From the NCBI RefSeq assembly GCF_902713615.1, contig NW_024055482.1:248001-312000 (forward strand): DNA of 64,000 nt. Reading direction: 5' to 3'. Source of the DNA: Scyliorhinus canicula (lineage: Eukaryota). Both the position numbers and the translations under genes were made by a program. The notes under the pieces were generated by a model. It ran no database searches and was not told where the DNA came from. It worked only from the letters and a program-made list of their open reading frames with translations. Positions 13,046-23,905 of this stretch are shown one piece after another (position 1 is the first letter of the stretch; each line of letters opens with the position of its first letter).

Positions 13046-13475
13046 CCCTCGCGTCTGTTCCTCAGCAAGGAAAATAGGAGCAGAAATCTCACACCCATGG
13101 TAGAACCATGCTGAAGTAAGGATCGCATTAGGCCCCACGGGCAGATGCTGCCCTTTGTCAATGAAATACACTTCTTCCCATGAACCATTTAATTTTCCCA
13201 TAACTCAGCCTTTTCCTATCCCGGTCATTGCCCGTTGATAAGTCTTTGTGGAAAAAGTTCCCACCACACATTCCGAGTGTGCATTGCGGAACTTTCGAGC
13301 TTGTGGCGGGAAAGATAATAACCACTCATTCCTCACTGGTTCATATTGACATAAAAGTTAATACAGTTCAAGCAGAATTAAAATAAAAACAATACCATAA
13401 ACAACTGAGCTGTTCACGTGATTAACAAATAATGGCTATCCGAATAAAACAAATGACGTTTTTTTCATCCGCCAG

Positions 13476-13781
13476 ATTCCAGTTCCTCGGTGTCCAAGAA
13501 CCCGCCTATCCAAAACTCTGCTGCCGGTGACACAGTTACTTTAAATTGGGAATATTCAGGGTTGTGTCAGTACACAGTACACTGGTACCGTCAGTCCCCA
13601 GGACAGGCTCCGGAATTCCTGCTTCAGAGACACACTTCAGGAGATGGGAATAAAGAAAACGCTGCCGGTGGGAGAATTTCTGCTTCTATCGACACTGCCA
13701 AGAAAATCAGCCGTTTAAAGATCTCCAAACTTCAACCGAGCGACTCTGCTGTGTATTACTGTGAACTGAGCCGGCGCACAG
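13476..13781 (+). CDS. TRDV: Leaderless NAR-TCR-supporting TCR-delta V segment with Cys23->Trp
   Basis: Phase-1 acceptor CCGCCAG at 13475, no leader exon found. DSSSVSKNPP...TVTLNWEYSGLCQYTVHWYRQSPGQAPEFLL...DSAVYYCELSRR. CDR1 Cys at 13565-13567; TGG at 13547-13549 in place of the first canonical Cys. Confidence 0.85.
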
Positions 13782-14250
13782 CACAGTAATACAGAGCACG
13801 GAGAGAGCTGTACATAAACCTGAACACGGTGAGGATCACACACAGTGATACAGAGCACGGAGAGAGCTGTACAGAAACCTGAATATGGTGAGGGTTACAC
13901 ACACAGTGATACAGAGCACGGAGAGAGCTGTACAGAGATCTGAACATGGTGAGGATTACAGACAGTGATACAGAGCACGGAGTGAGCTGTACAGAAACCT
14001 GGACATGGTGAGGATTACACACACAGTGATACAGAGCACGGAGTGAGCTGTACAGAAACCTGGACATGGTGAGGATTACACACAGTGATACAGAGCACGG
14101 AGTGAGCTGTACAGAAACCTGGACATGGTGAGGATCACACACAGTGATACAGAGCACGGAGGGAGCTGTACAGAAACCTGAACATGGTGAGGATTACACA
14201 CACAGTGACACAGAGCACGGAGAGAGCTGTACAGAAACCTGAGCATGGAT
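13782..14250 (+). repeat. Tandem array of eight 23-bp-spacer RSSs (59-61 bp unit)
   Basis: Heptamers at 13782, 13841, 13902, 13961, 14022, 14081, 14140 and 14201, each followed by exactly 23 nt and a nonamer (mostly ACAGAAACC). Confidence 0.95.
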
Positions 14251-14814
14251 CAAGAAAATGGTTTAACCACTGATTAACCTGGAGTATTTGCCAATCGCGT
14301 GAATTGCTCAGTTTTTGTGGCAATGTTATCACTTTAATTGTATTTTCATTGTATTCACTGTTACAATACAATTGATACAATGCAAACCAATGGGGACTGA
14401 GGTGATGTTTTATTCCACCCAGTAAACTCTAACGATATGAAATGCACTGTCAGAATGGGTGGTGGGAGCTGATTGAACAGTGATTTACAAACGGGTAAAG
14501 GTCAAATATGGGAAAACCATAATGACAGGACTATGGGAAAATCATGGTCGAATAGTATTTCATTCATGAAGGAAAGGCATTCACCCGAGGTGGTGAATGT
14601 CATCCTTATTTCTGTTTGATTCTACCATGGATAGAACATAGAACAGTACAGCAACAGTACAGCACAGAACAGGCCCTTGATGTTGTGCCGAGTAATGATC
14701 ACCCTACTCAAACCCACGTATCCACTCTATACCCGTAACCCAACAACCCCCCCCCCTCCCCCCCCCTCTCCCCCCTCCCCCCCCCCCCCTCTCCCCCCTC
14801 CCCCCTGTGTGTGG

Positions 14815-15600
14815 GTTTTTTCATCCGTGAGACAATCTGTTCCTAAAATAATTGGGCGGAGAGTAACCCAACTGGATTTTATCATCAGGCACAGCAAGCT
14901 CCAACATAATTCATTGCGAATCAACAGCAACAATGGGGCCCAACTGATGTTGAACACGGTGGTCAAAGGTCAATCACTGACTGGTTTAACATTTCCCAGA
15001 GTTTCTGATTGCCTTTTCTTCGATTTGACCATTTTCTTCTTTCATTAATTTTTTTCTCCATTTCTCTTTAAATTTATGTATTTACTGTTAGTTTCGATTT
15101 GTTTCTAAATTTAAACTTGCTGTTTGTGTTTCTTGTAATCGTGGGAACTTGTCCCAAAGTCTCTGAGTTGTCGGTTGGGTTCAGTCTGTTCAATTTCCGC
15201 AGTGGGTTTTACTGTTACTCACTGGGAACTGCCTCTTCCGGCTCTCTGACATTTTCAATTATTTCCGCCCATGACTGATTCTCTCCGTGGTTCTCTGTAC
15301 GCAGTATTCTCTGTGGTTTACATAGTATAGAAATTGGGGGAGAGGAATAGACCATTCGGCCCAACTAAATTGTGTTTGCGCATATACTCCAGACCAGACT
15401 ATTCCCCCCCCCCCCACCCCCCTCCCCTCCCCCACCCACCCGACATCTAATTGACCATTTCCATCCAGCTCCCTGTGTCGGTCTAGACTGTTCTCTTTCC
15501 AGTATTTCCAAGTCTGCCCATAAATGTATCAATGCTCTCTGTTCCAAGCTCCATGTGGCAACAGGCTCCATCTTCTCACAGACCTGTGTTTAAATCTCTT
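14815..15600 (+). repeat. Right arm of the inverted duplication
   Basis: See the left arm at 12260-13045. Confidence 0.85.
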
Positions 15601-15649
15601 CAACTTCATATCTGCATTTGTTCGGTCACTGATATACATCAACATGGAA

Positions 15650-16330
15650 ACATAGAAAACTGGTGCAGGAGTAGACCATTCGGTTCTTCGAGCCTGCACC
15701 ACCATTCAAATGTTCATGGCTGATAATGCAAATTCCATCTCACACTCCCACTTTCTCTCCATTCCCCTGCTCCCTTTAGCCACAAGGGCCATGTCCAGCT
15801 CCCTCTTGAATATATCCAACGGACTGGCCCCCACGGCTTTCTGTGGTAGAGAATTCCAAAAGTTGACAACTCTCTAAGAGAAGAAGTTCTTCCTCATCTC
15901 AGTCCTGAATGCGCAGTCTTTATACTTAGGCTGTGACCCCTAGTCCCAACATCGGGAACATTCGCCCCGCATCTGCCCGTGCAGTCCCATCAGGATTGTA
16001 TATGTTTCTATGAGATCCCCTCTCATTCTTCTCAACTCCAGTGAGTGCAAACCCAGCCGATCCAGTATTTCTTCATATGTCAGGCCTGTCATCCCGGAAA
16101 TTAGTCTGGTGAATTTTCGCTGGACATGCGCAAAAGCAAGAATGTCCTTCCTCAAACTAAAACTACACACAATACTTAAGGTGCGGCCTCACCAAGGCTC
16201 CATATAACAGTTGAAAGCAATCCCATCACCTATGCTCAAACCTTCTCTATCTGAAGGCCAGCATATCACAGGATTTCCTCGTCGCCTGCTGTACCTGCAT
16301 GCCAATCTCCAACGACTGTACATGTGAGGT
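15650..16330 (-). mobile_element. CR1 LINE 3' fragment
   Basis: VQRKFTRLISGMTGLTYEEILDRLGLHSLELRRMRGDLIETY. Confidence 0.85.
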
Positions 16331-16960
16331 TACCCTCCTTGGTGGCAAAGACAAGAAGACAGATTATTCTCTGAATATTGCCTGCACAGCCCACTGTCCC
16401 ACTGGGTTACGGGTATAGGGTGGATATGTGGGTTTGAGTAGGGTGATCATGGCTCGGCACAACATTGGGGGCCGAAGGGCCTGTTCTGTGCTGTACTGTT
16501 CTATGTTCTATGTTCTAATATTTGTGTATCAATACAGCACTAAACACCAGAACACTTACAAATACGCAAACCACGCCAACGTGTCCGTCAACTAAAAGCA
16601 CAATATGTCAGATATTGAAAGAGACAGATTTTATCAGAGGTCAGACTTCAGCTCAGAGTTAACAAGAGGTGTTTTGATTGATGGAGTCGCAGAGAATTAT
16701 TTTGGGGCTGGGAGGGACCGCAGAAGTTGCAGTCAGCAGTTCACCCACGTTGGCAATTAATTCACTCCCCTTACTAGGGGAACAAATGAAAGGCATGGAC
16801 TCGTCTCTTAATTTGTTTATTCACCGACCTGTAACTAAAGTGCAGGTTATAATTTAATTGCCCCTCTGGAGACTCTCACTGTTATAAATGAGGGACCATT
16901 TGGAAGTCTTGCAGACCTAGTATGTGCACCTTGCAGAATTCAATTAGTTCCTGAAAGACG

Positions 16961-17030
16961 ATGCATGGACCAGCGAATGGACCATTTTATGTCATTTATT
17001 ACCCGGCACTCGCTATTATTGGGGTCCCAG
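16961..17030 (+). CDS. Exon 1 of class A GPCR (GPR139-like)
   Basis: MHGPANGPFYVIYYPALAIIGVP followed by phase-1 donor G|GTAAGA. Confidence 0.75.
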
Positions 17031-17399
17031 GTAAGAGAGGAATATCAACCACAATATTGATTTTTCTTCTGAATCTCCAGAATTCTTATCTCTTCCCTTT
17101 AAAGATCGTGCTGAAAGGTTTATTGCATTACGATATATTAGAGTGCATCACCTAATTTTGTATTACAGAGCAGGACAATAAATGGTCAACAAATTACCCG
17201 TCACACTTATAGAACAATTGTTTATTAGATTGCAGAAATATGACTTATAATGGTTAGCATTGTACGGACGTTATATTGTTAAACAGTGCAATACATTGCT
17301 ACAGATCGTAATTGGGCTGCAGGATGGCACAGGAATGGGAATGAGGCTAACGAGGCAATTGGAAAATAGAGAGAATGCTGAAAAAGAGGCTTTGTTAGG

Positions 17400-18110
17400 C
17401 AATCATAGAATCAGTGCAAATGGAGGCCATTAGAACCTGCACCAAGCTCTGAAAAGAGTACTGCGCCCAGGCTCAGTCCCCTGCCCTTTCCCAATAACCC
17501 CTTAGCCTCACCTAACCTACACATCTGTTTTAGACATTAAGGGGCAATTTATAATAGACAATCCACCTAACCGGCACATCGTTGGGCTGTGGGAGGCATC
17601 CAGAGGAAGCCACACAGACACAGGGAGAATGTACAAACTCCACACAGACAATGACCCAAGGCCAGAATTGAACCCGGGGCCCTGGCGCTGTGATCAAAGG
17701 CAGGATATTTGTAATGGCTGAACGGGATGTGGTATGAGTTAACCATTGGGAACAACAGTTTTGTATCATTGAATCATAGCATTTACAGAGCAGAAGGAGG
17801 CCATTCGGCCCATCGAGTCTGCATCGGCCCTTGGAAAGAGCACCCCACCCAAGCCCACACCTCCACCGTATCCCCGTAAACCAGTAACCCCACCCAACCT
17901 TCCTGGACACGTAAGGGCAATTTTGCATGGCCAATCCACTTAACCTGCACATCTTTGGAATGTAGGAGGAAACCGGAGCACCCGGAGGAGACCCACGCAG
18001 ACACGGGGAGATGTGAAGACTCTGCACAGACAGTGACCCAAGCCGGGAATGGAACCTCAGACCCTGGAGCTGTGAAGCAACTGTGCTAACCACTATTCTA
18101 CCGTACCGCC
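17400..18110 (-). mobile_element. Two V-SINE copies in the GPCR intron
   Basis: Reverse-strand V-domain and tRNA heads at ~17530-17700 and ~17780-18110. Confidence 0.85.
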
Positions 18111-18603
18111 CCTTTCAGTTGAGTTCACTGGCGATGCAAATTGGAAGGGTAGACATATGAAAGTGGTCAATAAGGGTTTGAGTAGCTCTTAAGCTAAGGC
18201 AGACTTTCAGACCGGCGATACAATGGGCTGTGGAGAAATGTCGAAGTATGCAGTGTCGGTGCTTATGGTCGGTTTGGGAATGTGGGCGTTTGGAAGTTCA
18301 GCCCACGGTCAAACAAGACTTGAATATTGTAAATGGTCTCTAACTTTAGAGGATGGCCAGCCACGGGAATGGACCCAGTGGCCAGAGAGCGGAGTTTGTT
18401 GCAGGGACTGATTGTGATATTTTATGAATTGACAAACGTTTAATCCAGCATTGGATTTGCATCAAGCAGTAATGGTTTTGGAATAATTGAAGTCTGGAGG
18501 TGCGAAATGGACAGGTCAGGAGGGATTCACCAGCAGAATGGATGAGGGAGTCGCTGGTTTTTGGAGTCTCCTCAGTGACGCCTCTCTCTTTTCTCTATTA
18601 CAT

Positions 18604-19502
18604 CCAACTTGATTGCGATCATCATCCTATCCCGAGGATGGTGCGGACTCTCTCGGTGTATCACCTACTACCTGGTAGCGATAGTAGTGACTGATTTCCT
18701 TGTCATGGTCACCGCTGTTATCCTCAACCGGATTGGTGGCATTTACTTTAGATACAGCGTCCTATCTATCACCCCCGGATGCGCTGTCAGCACCGTGCTC
18801 GTTTATATGACCCGTGATGGTTCAGTCTGGCTGACCGTGGTCTTCACCTTCGACCGTTTTGTATCCATCTGCTGTCAGAAACTGAAGACCCGATACTGCA
18901 CCGAGAAAACTGCACTGCTGGTTATCGGAATGGTCATTACCTTGAGCTACGTCAAGCACATCCCTTTTTACTTCACCTACCAGCCCTTGTACATATTGGA
19001 CGAGATTCCCTGGTTCTGTGATATTAAGTCCAGCTATTACACTGTCCCATCGTGGCAAGCTTATGACTGGCTCGACCACATATTAACCCCCTTTCTTCCG
19101 TTCTTCTTTATTCTGATGCTCAACGCCCTGACTGTAAGGCACATTGTAGAGGCCAGCAGAGCCCGCAGGAGGCTGAAGGGCTCAGAGAGTGACGGAGATC
19201 CAGAGATAGCCAACCGCAAGAAGTTGATTGTCCTGCTCTTCGCCATCTCGCTCAGCTTCCTCCTCCTCTGGGTCACATATGTTGGACATTTCCTATATGT
19301 TCGGGTTACAGCTGAGGCCTACTTCACGGGTCTGGATTTCAATGACCCACACTTCATCTTTCAAGAAACGACCAACATGCTTCAGTTACTCAGTTCCTGC
19401 AACAACACCTTCATCTATGCAGTAGCGCAGACCAAGTTCCGAAATGAGCTGAAGAAGTTGCTCATTTTTCCCTTCGCCATTATCACTGGTTGTCTTAGTT
19501 GA
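18604..19502 (+). CDS. Exon 2 of class A GPCR (shark GPR139-like family); acceptor is AT, possible pseudogene
   Basis: Open frame of ~298 codons with 7TM hydrophobic pattern, FTFDRFVSICC (DRY-like), TM2-TM3 Cys and SSCNNTFIY (NPxxY-like). Expected acceptor at 18602-18603 reads AT. Confidence 0.85.
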
Positions 19503-19949
19503 ACAGTGCTTCATGATCATGTTAAAGACTATTAATATATTTAGATGTCGACAGAATCTGAAATCATATTTGTTTACAAAGATGTTACAGCCACACTATT
19601 TCATGCTCCTGAACAAAATAAACTATTTGTAAGACAATTTTATACTCCAGCTTTCGGAATTAACATGAGGTACATATGAAATCGCAGACAAAGAGTGGTC
19701 GAACAAACCACACTGCACGTTCAATGGCAGATGTAACAATTTTTTTTAAATGCTTATATTACAGTTTTTGATAGCATACATTGTACAATGGACAAGGGTA
19801 TGTGACGCGATTACAATATACAAGGACTTTACACCCACCCGCACCCACTCCTGGACCACCCCTGGCCCCCGTTTTTGTTGTTTTAAGATACTTTATTCGA
19901 TCAGATAACGTAAAATAGGTGAAAGTCATCTATTTACATCAATGCAGCT

Positions 19950-20810
19950 CTTTCCCCTTCGCCTTCTCTTCTCCCACTTAGTAGATTGGCCCCGCTCCCC
20001 CTACCTCCCCCCCCCCCCCCCCCCCCCCCCCATCCTTCGTCTCTATTTTGGTGTTTCTTTGGGAGTTCTTTTCTTTGTGGCCTTGCTCTAGGCCCCCTAT
20101 TATCCGTTCTGGTGTTGCTCCATCCTCCCCACCTCTCTCCTTAACCTCCCTCCAAATCTCGTCCCCTCCCTATTTGTTCTCTGTTGTCTCGTTCGTTCGG
20201 TCCCCCCCCCCCCCCCCCCCCCCACAAACACACACACACATGCACAAACTTACCCTCCCCTCGCTCTTTTGGTTGTTGGCTTCGTAAAGATGTTGGAACG
20301 CGTGGTGAATTGTCTGCTCGTTTTTTGGAAGCCCTCCTCCTACCCTCAAATGGCAAATTTTATTTACTCCAGGTGGAGAAATTACGACACGTCTGCCAGC
20401 CAGTCTGCTGTTGTGAGTCGTGCTGTTGATCTTCAGCTGAGCAGGATTCCTCGGTGGGCGATTAGGGAAGCAACGGCAAGGGGGTCAACCCCTTTCCCTA
20501 TGAATAGCTTTGGCTGGTTCGATACCCCGAAGACTGCCATTCACCGGGCACGCGTCCATCCTCACAACCTTGGACATTGCCTCAATGAAGGCTGTCCAAA
20601 ACCCGTCAAGTCTGGGGCATGCCCACAACATGTGGGTGTGGTTGGCTGCGGCTCCCTGGTACCGTTCACATTTGTCCTCCACCTCCTTATTGTGGTTCTT
20701 GTCAGGTGCGCTCTGTGCACTATTTTCAGTTGCATGAGGTTTAGCCTTGCATAAGCGAAGGTGTTGTTGGCCCTGTTCAGAGCTTCGGTCCAGAGTCTCC
20801 ACTCGATTTC
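19950..20810 (-). mobile_element. L1/Tx1-type LINE 3' end
   Basis: CERYQGAAANHTHMLWACPRLDGFW is the C-terminal CCHC motif. Confidence 0.8.
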
Positions 20811-20811
20811 T

Positions 20812-21470
20812 GGTTTAGCTCACTCGGCTAAATCGCTGGCTTTTAAAGCAGACCAAGCAGGCCAGCAGCACGGTTCGATTCCCGTACCAGCCTCCCCGGG
20901 CAGGCGCCGGAATGTGGCGACTAGGGGCTTTTCACAGTAACTTCATTGAAGCCTGCTCGTGACAATAAGTGATTTTTATTTTTCATTTCATTCAAGTTGG
21001 TCCTCATATTTTTTCTGTGTTTCGTCCAGTGGGGAGTGTTCAGTTCCTCCCTCCCAGGTTACACACGTACAGTACTCCTTCTAGCATTGTGCATCTCGGG
21101 TCCTTGGCTATTTTGCAGTCTCCTTACCTAGAAAGATCTAACCTGTATGTTAAGACGGTAGCACAAGTGATTAGCACTGTGGGTTCACCGCGCCAGGATC
21201 CCAGGTTTCATTCCTCGCTAGGTCACTCTCTGTGCGGAGTCTGCATGTTCTCCCCCTGTCTGCGTGGGTTTCCACCGGGTTCTCCGGTTTCCTCCCACAG
21301 ACCAAAGACGTGCAGTGTCGGTGGATTGGGCAAGCTAAATTACCTTTAGTGACCACAAAGGTTAGAAGGTTTATTGGGTTACGGGGATAGGCTGGAAGTG
21401 AGGGCTTAAGTGGGTTGGTGCAGTCTCGATGGCCGACTGGCCTCCTTCTGCAATGTATGTTCTATGTCCA
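20812..21470 (+). mobile_element. Two tRNA-derived SINEs (short type ~20812-20975; HE1-type ~21150-21470)
   Basis: tRNA heads, V-domain and characteristic tails. Confidence 0.85.
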
Positions 21471-21472
21471 GA

Positions 21473-21640
21473 CCAGGTTAAAGTCCAACTGCTTTGTTTC
21501 AAACACTAGCTTTTGGAGAGCAGCTCCTTGGAGCAGTGCTCCGAAAGCTAGTGTTTGAAATAAACCTGTTGGACTTTAACCTGGTGTTGTAAGACTTCTT
21601 ACTGTGCTCACCCCAGTCCAACACCGGCTTCTCCATATCG
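21473..21640. mobile_element. Penelope-like element remnant in head-to-head arrangement
   Basis: Inverted arms 21473-21513 and 21544-21584 around GGAGCAGTGCTCCGAAAG. Family assignment is from memory of shark PLE termini. Confidence 0.5.
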
Positions 21641-22094
21641 ATGTTCCAGTGTTTGTTCCCGTTGGCAGCTGCAGCCTCTCTGTCAGTTCCTCTAAGATCG
21701 CTCGCCTGTCCTCTGTGTAGAAGTCCCCAACGATCCCTGAGGAGATGGAAACAAGGCAGATCCCATGGATGCTCAGTTATTTTAGGCAGATGGTATCAGA
21801 GGGAATTGAGCAGGCAGAGCATCCCGGAATTATGTCCAGTAGGTTCGTACGTTCATGGAGATGGTAGCAGAGTGAATGTGTCGATAGTTCAGTTGGCTGG
21901 CTGGCTGGTCGTGAAGCACACAGCGTGAGTTCAATTCCTGTGATCCATGCCCTCTCAACCTTGTCCCTCTGCTGAAGTGCATAGGACATAGAACATTACA
22001 GCGCAGTACAGGCCCTTCAGGCAACGATGATGCGCCGTCCTGTGAAACCCCTCCAAAGTCCCTCTACACTATTCTGTTATCGTCCATATGTGCA

Positions 22095-22885
22095 GTGCAA
22101 ATCTAAAGAGCTGGTCATCGACTTCAGGAAGCAAAGTACTGTAGACACCCCTGTCAGCGTCAACGGGGCCGAGGTGGAGATGGTTAGCAGTTTCAAATTC
22201 CTATGGGTGCACATCACCAAAAATCTATCCTGGTCACTCACGTCGACGCTATCACCAAGAAAGCACAACAGCACCTATACTTCCTCAGGAAACTAAGGAA
22301 ATTCGGCATGTCCACATTAATCCTTACCAACTTTTACAGATGCACTACAGAAAGCATCCTATCGGGCTGCATCACAGCCTGGTATGGCAACTGCTCGGCC
22401 CAGGACCCCAAGGAACTTCAGAGAGTCGTGAATACCGCCCAGTCCATCACACGAACCTGCCTCCCATCCATGGACTCCATCTACACCTCCCGCTGCCGGG
22501 GGAAAGCGGGCAGCATAATCAAGGATCCCTCCCACCCGGCTTACTCACTTTTCCAACTTCTTCCATCGGGCAGGAGATACAGAAGTATGAGAACACGCAC
22601 GAACAGACTCAAAAACAGCTTCTTCTCCACTGTCACCAGACTCCTAAATGACCCTCTTATTGACTGACCTCATTAACACTACACCCTGTATGCTTCAACG
22701 ATGCCAATGCTTATGTAGTTACATTGTATATCTTGTGTTGCCCTATTATGTATTCTCATGTATGTTCTAGAATTTTGTTTAATTCCCTTTTCTTCCATGT
22801 ACTGAATGATCTGTTGAGCTGCTTGCAGAAAAATACTTTTCACTGTATCTCGGTACACGTGACAATAAACAAATCCAGTCCAATC
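22095..22885 (+). mobile_element. Rex1/Babar-type LINE 3' end
   Basis: KELVIDFRK...FKFL.VHI..NLSW...KKAQQHLYFLRKLRKFGMS...TNFYRC.IESILSGCITAWYGN. Confidence 0.85.
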
Positions 22886-22994
22886 CAAACTCTCAGCTAA
22901 AATCACCATGAATCAGCTCTCTCGCAAAAGGAAAGAGCAGCCATGGCCCTCGGGAACTTTTGTTACCTTTGATCGGAGGGAATTGAGCATCAAG

Positions 22995-23905
22995 AGAGGC
23001 ACCCTGGAGTGAGTGCAGGGGGATGGTGTCAGAGGGAATGGAGCCGGGAGAGAAGATCCCTGGGGTGATATTCAGTGAGTTCAGGGGATGGTATCAAAGT
23101 GAATGGAGCAGGGAGAGAGGATCCCTGGTGTGATGATCAGCGAGTTCAGCGGGATGGTATCAGAGGGAATGGAACAGGGAGTGAGGATCCCTGGAGTGAT
23201 GATCATTGAGTTCAGGAGGATGGTATCAGAGGGAATGGGGCAGGGAGAGAGGATCCCTGGTGTGATGATCAGTGAGTTCAGGGGGATGGTGTAAGAGGGA
23301 ATGGAGCGGGGCCAGAGGATCCCTGGAGTGATGTTCAGTGAGTTCAGGGGGATGATAGCAGAGTGAATGGAGCAGGGCGAGAGGATCCCTGGTGTGATGA
23401 TCAGTGATTTCAGGAGGATGGTATCAGAGGGAATGGAGCAGGGAGAGAGGATCCCTGGTGTGATGATCAGTGAGTTCAGGGGGATGGTATCAGAAGGAAT
23501 GGAGCCGGGAGAGAGGATCCCTGGGGTGATGTTCAGTGAGTTCAGGGCAATGGTATCAGAGGGAATGGAGCAGGGAGAGAGGATATCTGGGGTGATGTTC
23601 AGTGAGTTCAGGGCAATGGTATCAGAGGGAATGATCAGGGAGAGAGGATCCCTGGGTGATGTTCAGGGAGTTCAGGATGATGGTATCACAGTGAATGGAG
23701 CAAGGAGAGAGGATATCTCGGGTCATGCTCAGTGAGTTCAGGGGGATGATAGCAGAGTGAATGGAGCCGGGAGAGAGGATCCCTGGGGTGTTCAGTGAGT
23801 TCAGCGGGATGATATCAGAGGGCTGAAGCCGGGAAAGAGGATCCCTGGGGTGATGTCCAGTGAGTTCAGCGGGATGATAGCAGAGTGAATGGAGCAGGGC
23901 GAGAG
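22995..23905 (+). repeat. 66-bp minisatellite, ~14 copies
   Basis: Unit GAATGGAGCAGGGAGAGAGGATCCCTGGTGTGATGATCAGTGAGTTCAGGGGGATGGTATCAGAGG; period 23101->23167. Confidence 0.92.

Noticed and set aside
13777-13783. Alternative heptamer CACAGCA for the supporting V
   Set aside because: No nonamer at 12 or 23 nt spacing.
13782-14250. CRISPR-like repeat-spacer array
   Set aside because: Eukaryotic context, no unique spacers and no cas genes; the units are RSS repeats.
13756-14380. Minus-strand ORFs 13756..14157 and 14135..14380 as proteins
   Set aside because: Translations of the RSS tandem repeat.
14677-15593. Poly-Pro/poly-Gly ORFs (also ~20141-20429, 31939-32279, 32750-33140)
   Set aside because: They arise from C/G homopolymer runs in SINE and LINE tails.
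23103-23735. 22-aa repeat protein
   Set aside because: Product of a 66-bp minisatellite; no splice or promoter context.
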